This document shows, one piece after another, positions 43,301 through 58,100 of a DNA stretch of 64,000 nt. Each line of letters begins with the position of its first letter. Position 1 is the first letter of the stretch. The position numbers and the translations under genes were made by a program. The notes below the pieces were generated by a model. It saw only the letters and a program-made list of their open reading frames with translations. It had not been told where the DNA came from and did no database searches. The stretch comes from Auanema rhodensis (taxonomy: Eukaryota; Animalia; Nematoda), in NCBI GenBank assembly GCA_964057225.1, contig OZ059894.1:15996001-16060000 (forward strand). Reading direction: 5' to 3'.

Positions 43301-45651
43301 TTACTTACTCGATAAAAGCTTAATTGATTATTTTTTAAAACAACAAATCGTCGTTTCAAAGACTTCAATCGGCTCTCTGAAACTTGACTCCAGAATCCGC
43401 TTTTCTCAATCTGAAATTGAAAATTGAAATGTATGGAAGACAGAAGAACATTTCTTACCGCATCCAATGAAGGAATTAAACTTGTTCGTATGTCACCACT
43501 TAAACGAGAAGCATCAGGTGGTACATAATAATCACCATCGTGATTCACTATATCTCTGACTGCATAGTGACCTATAAGAAAAGAAATAATAATATATGTG
43601 AATAATAATATAAAATAATCAATATATAGTTAATAATAAAAATAAAAATAACGAACTGTCTGGTGTCTGAGGAGAACTAGCTTGAAATGATAAAACTCTA
43701 GGAGAAGAATGCGTCGACATCTTACTACCTGAACGGCGAGAAGCAGGAGATTCCGTCTGTAAAATATAACAATTGAACAAAGAACAGAAATGAAAAAAAA
43801 AGTTTTTTTTTTAATTATTGCTTACTCGAACATTGGATAATCTTGATACATGATAGGGAGAAGCACTGGAAGGTCCTTCTGAAGCACTACATTCCGTTAT
43901 GGACAAACATTTTTCAGCAGCTTGTAGAAGTTTGGTTTCCTGTAAAACAAAGTTCAAATATTGAAAAATAATAGTAAAATCAACCGGTCACAATATGCAA
44001 CAAATTTAAAATGAAAAAAAACTTTGATATGATTATTCTAATGACTGATGATGTTCACGTAAATATCACGTACCCATTGTCTTGGTCGATGTTCTGGCAA
44101 TTGGGGTCGTTCAATTGGTGTTTTAACTATATCACTATATATATTCTTATCATCTCGTATTGCTACAAAATCAGCAAGATTCACGTAATCAGCAAATTTG
44201 TTTCTGAAATATAAGATTTTGAGATGAAAAAATGTGAAAAAAAGATAAACGGAAGTGTCCGAGTAAAAAGCTGAACTGACCCATCTCGATCCTTTGGCGA
44301 TTCGATTTCGTCGAAAATTTCATCTTCGACATCAAATTCGTAATCATCCGCATACGAGTTGAGGCTGTCACGTTCAAGCTGAAACATGGTTGCAGATTAA
44401 AAACAGAAAAGTCTGTCAAAAAAAAATCGTGAAGAATAAAACTGAATAACAAACCAAGTTATTATTATTATGATTAGCCGTTTTTCGTGGAGTAGGAATA
44501 GGCTTTGCTCGTTCTTCCCAAGGAGATGAATCACTTGTGGATGATCCTTTGTCCGCATTTTCACCACTTGTTGATTCCTTTCTTAGTCGAACTAAATTTG
44601 ATTAAAATAAGAAAATAAATCAAATAAATCCGTTGATTTTTGTTTACAAATTATTCTCAAATTGATTTTTCCTCTAGAACATTACTGAAGAAATTGAATT
44701 AAAGAAGAATTACCGGGTTTTCTCGTACTACGAGGAGTCATATCAGCTGCCATGGATGTGCTCATTTGACGCCGATCAGATGTATCGTCACTTGTCAGGC
44801 CACTATCATCTGAAGTCCGATTTTCAGTGTCTTGCATAACCGGTAAGGTTCCCTACAAATAAGAAAAATTAATAAAAACAGAATTGTATGAATAATGATT
44901 TGAAAGTTTCTCTTAATTCGCACAAAAAAAAAACAAGAAAAGGCTGACGGAAAAGTAACAATCGTTATGTTTGTTTCTATGTAAAAAAATTCCATTTTAC
45001 TCATGTTTCATCAACATCAGATTTAAGAAAAAACAAAATTTTAGTTTATTTGCTAAGAAAACAAAAGAAGAAGATAAAAGGCAAGCTGAACCATTGTGGT
45101 ATAAATATATATTTCAATACCTATGGCATAAAATTAAAATAGATTATATACAAGTTATGTTATTTGAAAAAGCTTACGGTTATGCTTCTGCTCATCATAT
45201 CTTCCTTGAGTTGTCGACTTTTTTCACTGTAACTTCTTAACATTTGAAGCTGTGTCGTGCATCTCAAGTTCTGAAGACGAAGACGTTCGTTCTGATCCTC
45301 GAGCTGAAATTATCGAATGAAATAAAGATTATAAAACATATTTTCATAGAAAAAAATTTGTAAAATTGAAAGAAATTGAAAAAAAATCGTTTTGAGATAT
45401 GAAAATCTAATCGGCCACCCAATGAATGAAATAGAAAAAAAAAAATTAAAAGTTGAGCGAACACTTCATATTGATCAGGAAACTCTCAATTTAGTGGACT
45501 GTGTGCCAGCTGCTTGATTCAGTTTCAACTTGAAAACGACAATGGCAGTGAGAAGGAGCAAGTCCCAGGAGAAGACGGCGTCGGGGAGAAAGCATGAGAG
45601 AAGGATGAAGTGAATAAGGGTTAGAAGGGGGTAGAGAGGAAAAGCTGGTTA

Positions 45652-45685
<34 letters not shown>

Positions 45686-46353
45686 AAAGACAAGATATAA
45701 GAAAGAGCAGAAGAAGAAGAAGAAGAAGAAGAAACCAAGGAAACAATCAAACGGTTTCCCGGCTTCAAATTCAGCTACAACTTTGGACGCCTCGCATGAC
45801 GGCTGTCTATCTCAATCAAATTAGTCTCTAACGATGAACAATTCATTCTCAAAGTTTTGAGAAAGCGAACACATCCTCCTCAAGAAATCACCGTTCATGC
45901 AGTCTCATCATTTTCTCGAAAATTTTGTTTGAATAAAGTTAAGATGGGAAGCAGAAAATTGGTAAAATTAACAAACAATTTGCGGTTTCAAATGACAAAA
46001 AGTTTATTTCTTTCATTGTGGTAGTATAAAAATAAAAAAATTTCAATTAAATTGGCGACAATCAAAGTAAAGAAAACTTTGAATTTTTCCTGTAATAACA
46101 CTCTTCAATAGTTTTTTTAAGAAAGAAAGTGCAAACAACTGGAAGATAAGAAGCAATGATTGAAATAATAATTGATTCAAATACTGTCCAAAAAATTTTT
46201 ATAAAAATCTGATAGGAAAAATTTGAAATAAAAAGTTTTCTGTTTACTAGAAAAAATCCAACATGTTTTTAAAAATGTTTCGTTAGTTTTTATATGAAAA
46301 AAAACATGCAAAATTGTGTATTGGAGTTGTTAAAAATGTAAAGAGAGAGAGGG

Positions 46354-46421
<68 letters not shown>

Positions 46422-49400
46422 GATAGACGATCATGGCATGGCTTGCTGCATAGGATAGTAGGGTTAGAAGAGAGTGTGGTATATGATTGAAGAAACAAAA
46501 AAATACCCTGAGGGAGAAACGTAGAAGTTTTACACTCTGTCATTCTGGTCTTCCTTTTCTTTTTCTTTTTTTCTAATATATTGGTTAAAAATATTCTAAG
46601 AAAAGTAAATGAGAGAGAAGAAAATTTTTAAAGAATAATTATAAAGGTTAAAATAATATAAAATATATTTGTATTTGTGTATACAGATGTATTCACAAAA
46701 TAAATAGCTTTAGTTAAATATTTTAATGAAAGTAACAAAACGATTGAGAATTATGTCTCGAATTCAAAGACAAATTATTTGTTGGTCAATGAATTAGCCA
46801 ATGAAGCGAACACATGCTTTAAAGCATTTGAAGTTCAAATACATTCCACTTGTTTGCTAGTGAAATTTACGAGATTCGTCATGAATATAAGGTTGAAAGA
46901 CATTAAGCTAGCGTTTTTGGCTGGCAATTATTGGTATGACGTTGTTTAAGTTTTAAAAGGCAAGCAAGATAATATGAGAAATAAAGAAAACAGAGAGAAG
47001 TGATGGAAAGGAAGAAATAGTACTATTGCTAAGGACGATGATGCGTAATTTGACCGCCTACAATCCACATTTCTGCTTGAATGGCCGAAAAAGGAAAGGC
47101 GAGAGCTTCAAGGGGATAAGATGTTCGATGGCATCAAAACTGAACACACACACACACTCAAATTGCCTGTGGCATAAGCATATATATACATTGAAAAATA
47201 AACATTTTTCAATATTGTTGGACATTAAAGTCAAAAGGAAACATATAAATTCATATGTTGAAGCTTGCAAACAAGCGGAAATAGAAGATAGCAACGAAGG
47301 TGCTAAAGAGGTTAGCCAGTATTTGCCACCAAAACAAGTATGCTGAGTGAATGTTCCAGTCGGTCACATGAACTTTAGGACGAATATGCAAAATAAGAAA
47401 CGGTTTTACCCATATTTCCAAGTTTGACATCAAATGCAGGAAGATTTCGACTTTGCAATACGACATTATGCCAATACGGACACACACACTGGCCATCGAT
47501 CTCATCCTGTTCAACTACATCTCTCTCTATCTATTTCTCTATTGCCTCTCTTCATTTTTCTTCCAATTCCTGTCTCTTATCCCTCTTCCCCTTATTTAAG
47601 TCCCTGTGGCTAACGTCCAAAAGCATGAGAGAAGGTCTACTTCGATTGGGAGTAGAGAGAAGCATTCCCTTTTAAAAACGAAAAATGACGAGACAACTCA
47701 TTTCTATGCATTAAAATAGTGTAAAACAGAGTAAGGATGTGTCGATATTTGGGAAATGATCAATGTTATTTCAACTAAGAAGATCATGTTGATTCTCGGC
47801 CACACAAGATGAATTTGGTTATTCAAATCAGTTAAAGCTGCAAGTTCTAACTTGCAAATATTTTCAGAATGGATAACATTTTGAAGAAAAACATAAGCTG
47901 ACATCCTAAAAAAAGGTTCATGGTCATCTATTTGATTTGGTTTCTACAAAAAATAAAGACCAAAATCCTATGTTAGTAGGTTCAGAAATAGAAATATGTA
48001 CACGGAATATTTAGTCATTGTTTTTAAAGGATGACATTTTCGGTACTGCAAAACGGCTCATATGCATATGTAATAATTGGACTAAAAAAAAGAGAAAACC
48101 CTTTTTTCTTTTTCTCTTTTTTTGGTGAAAAACTAATTTTCAAATAAACAAAAGAAGATCCAAAAATTAAAAATAAAGTGGAAAGTAAAGATAAAAAGGA
48201 TAAACGATAAAAGGGTCAAGAAAGTTAGTTTGCAATGTTAAATGATTAAGATATGGGTGGAAAAAAATACATATGAATGTGCAAGTAATGGTAGTAAACT
48301 GCCAACGACAATAGAGAGAGAAAGAGAGAGAGAGGGAGAGAGAGAGAGGGAGAAAGAATGGGAGGGAGGGGGAGAGTATGTAAGTAAGTGAGTCATTCCT
48401 TTGATTGAAATATCCGACAGACAAAACAATTGACTTTGTAGGAGAAAAAAATATAAAAAATTACAAGAAATAGATAGTTGTAAAGAGTAGAAGAAACATT
48501 GTCATAAAAGACAATTTTTATTTATTTTCTTCATTAAATAACAAGGAAGGAAAACCTTGTATGAAGTGACACACGTATGTACATACATATACATATAAGA
48601 GGATAAAGTTATAAGATATCTAATAATATATTTATATAAATCTATATATATATTATATTCTTTGTTATTTAATATAAATTAATGTAAAGAAAGTTTAAAA
48701 GATCATTCAACAGATCAACAGATTCATTTTTTTTGCAAAAAAAAAGGAAGAAGAGGAGAATTTTGATAAATGAGAATTGTGAAACGGCCTTCTTACTTTT
48801 TCGAAATACAAGGATGAAGTCATTTATCTTTCTCGGATTTTTTGCCTTTAAAGTCATTTAACTTCCTATCTTCCATTTATTATTGCGAACTAGAATATAT
48901 TGAATTGAATGAAAATTAAAAAATTGATCGAGATTTGGATGAAAAGCTGGTTTAGCTTCTTTCTGAGATCTTACGAAATCTATTAGAAGTTGATAATGTT
49001 CTTTAGGTTTGGGTTGAAATATAGCATAATGAATAGAAAACATGTTAATCTCGAGTAAAATCCGAACATTAAGCTTCAGAAATTGAAAAAGAAGGAGGTA
49101 AAAAGTATTTATAATCCAGCTGTTTCTTTGCTTTTCACATAGATTAAGCAAAAAACGAATAAAAACCATCGTTTTTCCAGACTAGAAACCAAATTCGACG
49201 ATGGCTTCTGATGACCAGCTGTCCAACCATCTTACATATTTGGAATTCTTCTTTTTCATTTAATTCAAAATCCTTCATTTAACTACTATCAGTAAACTTT
49301 GAATGTGTCTACTTGGCGCCAAAACCATGATAATCAAGACAAAGCAATGAAGTGTCCTTCAGAAACTTTGGGCGTTTGCGAGTTATGGACTACCATCATC

Positions 49401-50705
49401 ACCATCAGTAATGTCAGCGTTAAGGAAATTAAATAAAGAATATTAAGAAGAAGAAGAAGAAGAAGATGAAGAAAACGATAATCATTTAACAAAATGAATA
49501 TAAACATGTAGATATTTTGGATGAAATGACTTTGAAATCGTTCATTTAACGGCATAATGTCCTCGAAATATTTATGGAAAATCGAGTTCTTGAATGTTTC
49601 AAAATATCATCTAGTATGATAATATTATAAATAAAATTGATTATAAAACAAATAATAATAATTATTATCATAAAAGAAATATCTAAACATACATACATCT
49701 ATCTATCTATATCTTTTTAATTCTAAAAAAGTTTTTTATTAGACAACAATCTTTGAAATACGACGTCCGTTAGATGAAGCCCATGAAAATTATTCAATGC
49801 ATATGGCTATGTAATACGGCTTCCATCTTTTGGAATAGCCTTCACAAGTACTCTCGTCCTATTTAAGCTTTAGATCATTGCTTACATGGCCAATTCTATC
49901 CAATGGATCTACGCAAGCTCCAGCTTCTGCTCTTCATCTGATCTAGTTGTCGTCATTCGTCATTTCGATGAAGCACTAGTTACGTAATTAAGTGAGAGTA
50001 ACATATAAGAAATTTAATTATATGTATATATATGTATTTACTATGTAGTTAGTTGAAATTTGAAATGTATAGTAAACAAGTTTTGTTAGTCAAAAGCAAA
50101 ATAACTAAAGACCATCAACTTTCATCTATTTTGAATAATATTATATCAAAATCAGTTAGAATATCTAATAAAAAATAATTTTAAATGATTTTATATTCTT
50201 TGTAACATATTGATTTTCTATTTTGTTTAAGTAAAACATGATGAACGGTTGGTTGTATACAATACGAATATCGGAAGAATTAGTAAGAAAACTTTAAAAA
50301 TATAATTTTAAATAAAGATAGTTTGATTATATTAAAGAAGAAGAAGGAGAAGAAGAAGAAGATGATGATGATGATGAAGCAAGGCTCGTTCGAAGATTTG
50401 AAAGAAATATAGGCGAGAATCTACCTGTTGATTCATGTTTAAGATGGTCTTAGAAGATAAACAAATGTTTTTTTTTGCATTTTTCACGAAGAGAAGTCGA
50501 TCGTTGGGGAAATTTTCATGGCTGTACAAAAGTAGAAAATACATAAAAAGAAAATTAGAAAAGCTAATTGTGATAACTCGTTCAAGATTTTCGATCGAGA
50601 GAATATTTATTTGTTTAAGTTAGAGAAGAACAGAAAACAGTTTTGAAAAGCCGGAACACGACTACCTCAAATGATTTATATAAACGATGTTATTATTAGA
50701 AAATA

Positions 50706-50750
<45 letters not shown>

Positions 50751-53579
50751 AAAGAAAGAATATTTTATATGTATATACAGATATAATTTTATTTTTTATT
50801 TCAAAAATTTATATTTTAAAAGAAAAAAAAACAAAGATAAAGTGTTAAAATGATGAATATTGTGTGAAAAAGATAAATAAAAGTTTTAATTATATTGAAA
50901 AAATAAGAAAAAAGAGACGATTTATAGAGATTTGTTAAAAGAAATATTGTTAAGACTGATATCAAATCTAAAGTAAAGACAAAGAAAAATAGAGAATAAG
51001 AGAGAGAGAGAAAGAAAGAGAGAGAATGAACGTGAGAGAAGATGTGGATACAGGAAGACGAGTATGAAAAGATGGAGAAATTGGAAAAAGAGAGAAAGCG
51101 GGAAAAGCCATTGGAACAGAGCACCCCCAGACAGCTAGCTGGCTACACCATGAAATATAGGAGTCAAATGAACGACCAAGGCCATAAATCCTTGAGCAAG
51201 TCATACCACGAAAAAGCCAGTTGGGGTTAACTACAGCTTGTGTAGCTAAAAAAGTAGAAAAAAAAGCTGTCGAATTAGAGGAGAGGGAGAGTGAAAAAAA
51301 AATGAAAAAAGAGAGGATGAACAAAGTGATATAAAGGATTGAAGATACAACCATTTAGAGTAGATGGTATCAGAAAAATAAAAAAAATATATAAATATAG
51401 TTTAGATTTATAGAAAAATATTTTTGTTTAAAAGAATTTTGCGACAATGTTTGAATCGAAGAATAGATATTATTCCAAAGATTCCAACTTACTGAGATAG
51501 GATACTACTCAAACGTAGTATTCATTTTCGTCGTATTTTCAATACAAAACATCATAGACCAATGAAGTTAGAAATATCAATTCTTCTAAGATTATATTAC
51601 AGATAAAAACTTTTTTTCGGATGGAAAGTTCATAGGATTGCGAGAGTTGAATGAGAGTAAGTTAAGTGAGATGAAACAATATAGAATGACCTTGTATTGA
51701 ATATGACCGACTTGTTCAATAGAATATTCTAAAGAATTTTAAGGCATAAAGTTATAAAGTTCTGATGAGAAAGTTGGAATTAAGCTGTTTTTACTTGGAA
51801 AGACTTAGGCTTACGACTGTTGTAGATTATTCGGAAAATGCCTGTTCGTTCTCATGTCGTAAGAACATATGCCACACATAAATTCAGAACGTGACCTCAG
51901 GGTAAATAGGAAGAAGTAAATGGAAAGCTTGATGACATACATATTCAAAATTAGCTTAAAAGGCCATCGATATGGCACAAAGCTATTCAGTCAGTTGTGA
52001 CATGGAAGATGTTATCGTGTTAGATTATTCATTTCTTAGCTATGAATAGAGGGGAAAGCAACGGGACCGTATAGGGGAGAAAGTGAAGCTGATGAAGCTG
52101 CGCTTGGATAGAAATAGAGGAATATGTAGAAAGGCTGACTTCAGATCAGATGTCGAATCTATTCATGTCTGACAAATCGTCTATCCTCTGAGAACTCACA
52201 TACACGACATTGCTGCCATTGTAGATACATAGAAGCAACATGTTCTCCATTTCTTATTACTCTCCCAGCCTGTCTCAATCTCTCAATTCTCCTCTCCCTC
52301 AAATCAACGGTTATTCCCTCAAGTCGTTCCAGCTCTATGACGAGAAGCCTGGTGACAGGTCACCATGACCACCTCAGTTCATGCTTCTAAAAGCGAACAC
52401 TCAAAGACATGACCTTTAAATTTCAACGAAAAATTCCGCATTAGCTATTCAAGCCAATTCAGCAAGAAAGATGTAATTTATCGTTTTTAGGATAGGAACA
52501 TCACATGTTGCATGATTCTTCAATTAACAAATCATTGGTTAAATTAGAAAAGAATTCAGTTATGTTTACATAAAAGGTCAAACAAACTAGTTAAATATGA
52601 AAGGAATTTTGCACAAATCATTACAAATCATCATTCAACTAAGGCTTTACTATACAATCTTTAAATCTTAACTATAGATGAAGAAAAAAAAAAGAAAACT
52701 TTAAATAAGAATAATGTTTCCAAATTAAAAAATTTTCATAAGAAATTCAGTCTATAATTCTATATTCAGTTTGAATTTCATTAATGTTTCTCTTTGATAT
52801 AATATTTACAAGAAAAATAGATAAGATATACAATTTCATTAAATAAATATTTCAGTTTTTTTCTTTTTTAATCAAAAAATTTGAATAAAATAAGCAAAGA
52901 AGAGGCATTTTGAATATTTTATATAAAAAAAAGGAAAATTCTTTATCTATTTAAAGACTAAAAAGAGTTTTAATTTCAATGTTTTTTCTATTAAAAGCTA
53001 TTAGTATTCAATAGAAATACAATTCCTTAAAAGACTAAAGATAAATGTAGTTTAAAGAGAATACCAAGAACATCTTCTTGATTACATACATACATTTGAT
53101 GATCAGTGAAGCTGCTATATTAGTCTGATTTGGGAATGGTAAAGCTTTATTGCATGTGATTTTCTTCTCGTTCTCCGCTTCTTTTGCCCTCTTTTCCCTC
53201 GGTTAGTCCAAAAGCCTTCGGTATCCATTCTGGTAATCGGATACCATTTATGTTTGATTGTATATGAACACATAGATATAAAGATTTATAGAGAGAACAA
53301 GGTGTAATGAGAGAGAACGCAAAGGATAGACAGGTGATTGAAGAGAGCATCTCTTTGTATATAGATAAAAATGGAGAGATAGAGAAAGAGAGTGAGACAC
53401 AAACCGAACGCAATCGGAATCCTCTTTGGCTCTTGCCATGAACAACTATGCGAAACAATATTATGTACAAGCAACTACACATTTGTAAACAAATAGCCAC
53501 CAATTATCCAGTCAAAAGCAAAAACCTGCTCTAACTCCCCTCAGGCTAAGCTCAACTTTGCAAATCTCAACTGTCTCTT

Positions 53580-53618
<39 letters not shown>

Positions 53619-54148
53619 ATTTTCATCTTTCTGTGTCTCACTTTCTCAATCTGTCTTAAAACCATTTGAAAACAATAATAGAACCGTTTGAAATGCGACA
53701 AAGAAAAGGAAGTAAATGACGACTTTTCGCATATTGAAGCAAATAATTGAAAATTTCAATTATTTTAAAAGAAAACACAGAACTGACAGGATGAACTGGT
53801 TGTTCCTGTATGTCAATCAGCAATATTTCGCTGGAAACACAATAGTTTATGAGCCAACTCTTCTTCTTTTTCAATCGCCTGATGAACCATATTCCGTATA
53901 GATAGAACAAAAGAGATGCTATTGAAGAGGAGACACAAAAAATCACAATGACAGCTAAGATTGAAGGAAAAAAATTAAACGTTTTCATTGAATGAACTCA
54001 CTATCAACACCTGGCCTAGGTTGGTGAAGATTGAGGGATGCAAATGAAATAGAGAACTCTAATAGATGGTGGAAACGAAAAAAAAAGAGAAGAGATAGAG
54101 AGGAAGAGAGAGAAGAAGAGAAAGACCGAGAGAGGGAGAGACAGAGAG

Positions 54149-54200
<52 letters not shown>

Positions 54201-55096
54201 AAAAATAAAAAGAGCAAACGAAGACAAAGAACTTCAAAACTTCACCTTTCCAATTTTCATTTTCTATCTATACTTAGCACTAAGTCATTAATCCAACTAA
54301 GTCAGTATTTAATTAATTTCTTTTTCTTTTTTTCTTTTTGCTTCATGAAAAAAAAATATAAAAATATATAAATAGAAAGATATATAGATTATAGTTCAAA
54401 CATGTTAAACAACAGAAAAATAATTGAATAATACTAATCTGACCTATTGAACATCATAGGATTTTTGAAGAAAAATAAAAGAAAAATAGAATTAATTTAT
54501 ATTTATATATAAAGAATACTTAAGATGGGTAAATGAAACAAAACAAATTCAATAACAAGAACACTGAATGACGTTCAGTTTTCCTTTGGACTGAAAATTG
54601 ATTTTTGACATATTTTTAGGATAATCCTACTTGAGCGATCATTGAGTAAATCGGATAGAAATTTGCATATCGACCTCTGGGATCACACATTCTGAGAAAT
54701 TATCGTTTCAAATCTAACGAAGAGATATTTGAAACAGAAAAAAAAACTGTGAAACGAGTTGATGTTAAGGTTAATAGCGAAAGAGAAGCTTATGAAAAAT
54801 TAGCATAAATAGAAAAAGAATGGGTCATTTATAAGAAGCGCATAATCTGAGTTGGTTGTACATGCTGTGCTTAATGATCCGAAATGAAAATTAATTTAAA
54901 TAATTGAATAAATAGTATGAATAATAAAAATAATAATAGTATTTCATAATTATATTTATAATGAACTAACCTCTTTCATACGATTTTTAACCCATTGCTT
55001 TAGTTTTGCTGATTTTTCTAAAATAATTTCATCTTCAGGTGATCTAATAGGTGGTACTGATCCAGAAGATGTCGAACAAGGATCATACGATGACAT
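40339..55096 (-). CDS. max-1: MAX-1 / PLEKHH-family protein (coiled coil, PH, PH, MyTH4, FERM)
   Basis: Exon 55096-54971 (MSSYDPCSTSSGSVPPIRSPEDEIILEKSAKLKQWVKNRMKE) splices in phase 0 to the exon starting at 45303 (LEDQNERLRLQNLRCTTQLQMLR). PH1 IEKSGFWSQVSESRLKSLKRRFVVLKNNQLSFYR; PH2 ISGWMTRVRCGHSRKIFAALVNHKLMFFK; MyTH4 NEFYAQLIRLT..LQGWKLMALALSLFLP; FERM lobes; last exon LTLHLAEYIRCQKLVWKVSK-TAA. A further upstream coding exon cannot be excluded. Confidence 0.92.
45653..45732. repeat. (GA)n followed by (AAG)n
   Basis: Adjacent di- and trinucleotide runs. Confidence 0.9.
46341..46416. repeat. (GA)n microsatellite
   Basis: GA run with GG interruptions. Confidence 0.95.
50708..50748. repeat. 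(TA)n microsatellite
   Basis: Perfect TA run. Confidence 0.95.
53572..53618. repeat. (CT)n microsatellite
   Basis: CT run with TT interruptions. Confidence 0.9.
54090..54197. repeat. (GA)n microsatellite and polypurine tract
   Basis: Degenerate then perfect GA run. Confidence 0.92.
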
Positions 55097-55097
55097 G

Positions 55098-55104
55098 CTG
55101 AAAA
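55098..55104 (-). promoter_or_regulatory. TTTTCAG acceptor 1 nt before the max-1 ATG (probable SL1 trans-splice site)
   Basis: The minus strand reads TTTTCAG|C-ATG, and I found no convincing upstream coding exon in 55105-64000. Confidence 0.5.
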
Positions 55105-58100
55105 TATAACAAAAATCTGAATTGTTATAGTTAACAAACGAAAAAAGAAAAGAATAGAAATGAAAAGAAAGGTTATAATATGTTATATATGTATGTATAT
55201 AGCTAAGTATACTACATGTAATGAAAAAATATAATATAATGTGTTTAATATAAAAATAAATTAAATTATTTTATCAAAAAATTATAAAAAAGTATAATTT
55301 TAAATCAAAAAAGTGTACAAAGTGGTGAAAAGGAGAAATGTTAGTATCAAATAATAGAGATAGAAAAGCAAAGTTGTCCCATAGGAGACAGAATTTTAGA
55401 TTATTTTCCGATTTCTTTGCGTCAAAATCAGGGAATAGAGGAGATGATTAGCTGAGATATAATGTTCCATGATGAATAAAAGTCAAAAATATGTGTATGA
55501 CAATCTTGAAATTTGATGAAAAAATGGATATTATGATGAGAGTAAAGAAAGAAAATATAATTAAGCAAGTTAGAATATACGTATATAGTCAATAAACTTA
55601 AACAAAACGTTTTTTAACTTAAAAAAAGCTGAAATTGATATTCAATAAATATTCAAAAATAAACAAAAAAAGAAAATAATTACAAGCTATTCATCTGCGA
55701 CAAGAGAGAAAAAACAGGTGAACGGAATAACAACTCGGAAAAAAAGTTGAAAAATTGCTTGATAATTGAAAATATGCGTATAAGAAAAAATACAAAATTA
55801 TTTCTATATATAGTATAAATTTGTATATTTTTTCAATTATATAAAATATTTATGAAAAGCATCAACTAAAGTTACAAAATAGAAAAGTATCAAAAAATGT
55901 TGGCTAATGTGATGTGTGAGACGAGTATGAACAGACAGACAGACAGTTGAAGCAGGAGGGGAGGGAGGTTTGCATGTTAATGTCGGTGATTAGAGGTCTA
56001 ATCTAATATACATTGGCATTGACATGTACATCCAATTATAGTTAGCTACATCTTTTCTTTTCTTCATGACCGTCATGTAGATGAAAAAGCGAGAAACCGT
56101 CATTCTTTTCTTTTTGCGCTTAGATGAGTCAAACACGACAGCTGGTTGACCCTTTAGGACGAGATAACAAAACTGAAGAAGAATAGAGGTAAAGAGAAAG
56201 ATTGAAGAGGAGAGATGGATACTTAGGAGAGTTATTTCTCAAGCATAGTGAAAGGAAATAGAAAAAACAATAAGATGATGGATACAATTTGAAAATGTTT
56301 AGAAACGATACAGAGCAAATAAACCTCAAACATCAACATTTAAGAATGAAAGATATCATGTAATATGAATAGACAACGGAAATATTGGAAAAGGTTTCAA
56401 GAAAACTTTGAAAAGGAATTAAAACTTTGAAGAAAAATGATATACAGTTAGTTGATATCATACCATTTATGATAAACAAACACATATTTCTTATAAAATG
56501 TTCATTTTTGATGTTTTAATTGTTTTCTCAATCTATCTTTCATTTTTAATTTTTGCTATTTCTTCTGCATCTTCTATTTTATTGTTTGTCAATCAATAGA
56601 TGGCATTTCATTCTACAGCCTAATAACCGGGTCTTGACTCAAAATTAATTCGTTCAGTCCAGGCTATGTATCCTCTTTTCCTCCTTCGGGTTGAAGAATG
56701 CCGAAATGGATGAATAGACGGACATCGTGACTATAAGGCTCGCAGATTGTTTCCTGAGGTCCGGTACAAGCTCTTCTCTCTCATTCTATCTCGCTGCTTC
56801 TTTCTTGCTCTCTTCCTCTTCTCTCTCACTTTGTCTTTCTATCTCTCTCTATTACTTCTAGATTTCCCTTACTCCTCATTCCAATCTCCCCAAACGCTCA
56901 TAGCTCATGATGTCAAAGATGGGAGATAATCAGACGCTCTAGGGTTGGCAATTGAAGCTGCATTAATGAGGAAGCATGACCGTTGAATAATTGAATGTTC
57001 GCTTTGCTTCAGGGCTTCTCTTGCTCTCATCATATAACCTTTGACCCAGCTTAACATGTTTACCTCATTCACATTTGGTCATATAATCAGTTAAAAATAA
57101 GTTCAAACAGAAAAAGAGCATATATAAAGAAAAAACAACTAAACTATGTGAATAGTAACGGCTATTTAAAATAGGATCAGGCATAAATCAAATTAAGAAA
57201 ATTTAGAACTTTTTTTATTTCAAAGCAGTACGATAATAGTATGAAAAAAGAAAATTAAGTAGGAGTTTCATGTTTAGGTTAAGCTTGCGAATAGAACGGA
57301 ATTATCCACCAACAAGAAAATCGGAAAAGAACATTCATAATGAGACAGAATGAGAGGAAGGCAAGCCGTATTAGATAGGGTAGGTGAGAGAAAGCCTGAA
57401 CAGGTATCCAGGATACCAATATATTCTGAAGCAAAATGCAAACGTTAAATGCTTTTCAAAGCTTAATCTTTCAAATAAATTAAACGGTTTTTTCATTAAA
57501 TTGATGTCAGAGAAACAGTAAATGAATTTTCAAATTACATGAGTGTAGTAGTTGAACCATTAAATCAACATTTCTCCCACAATAATGTAAAATGAGATTG
57601 TGAAAAGAGTCTGAAAATCTCATCCGGAAAAGTTGGTGTCAACTTGAAAAGCGAGATGTTGGATAATAGATGGATTCATTTGGAAAATTGAAACAATCAA
57701 GTACATTTAGTAATGCATAGTATATATATATATATATATATAACAGAGAATTTGATTAATTTAATATAGTTCAGATGAAGAATACGATGGCAACACAGAT
57801 GAGACGGCATCAGACTCTTTGGAAGAAGTTGTAGGCCAATAAGATTACGTAGGGCCACTACAGACGACAAGCAGTAGAAATGAATTACGAAACAAGGAAT
57901 CAGTTGGACATTACTCTCGCTTTCCCTCTTCTCTCTCTCTCTTTCTTTCACTGTCTCTCTGTCTTGCTTTATCTATCCCTCGTTGTGAATACTAGTAGAA
58001 GAACCCAAAAGGCCCTTTCTCTCTTTTAGTTTTATAATCTGTAAAGGATTAAAAAGCTATGTTGAAGATGTGAATGGCCGTATGACCATCAGATTGTGGA

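Noticed and set aside
49236-49259. Possible micro first exon MKKKNSKY|GTAAGA, in phase with max-1 exon 2
   Set aside because: Too short to tell from chance without transcript data.
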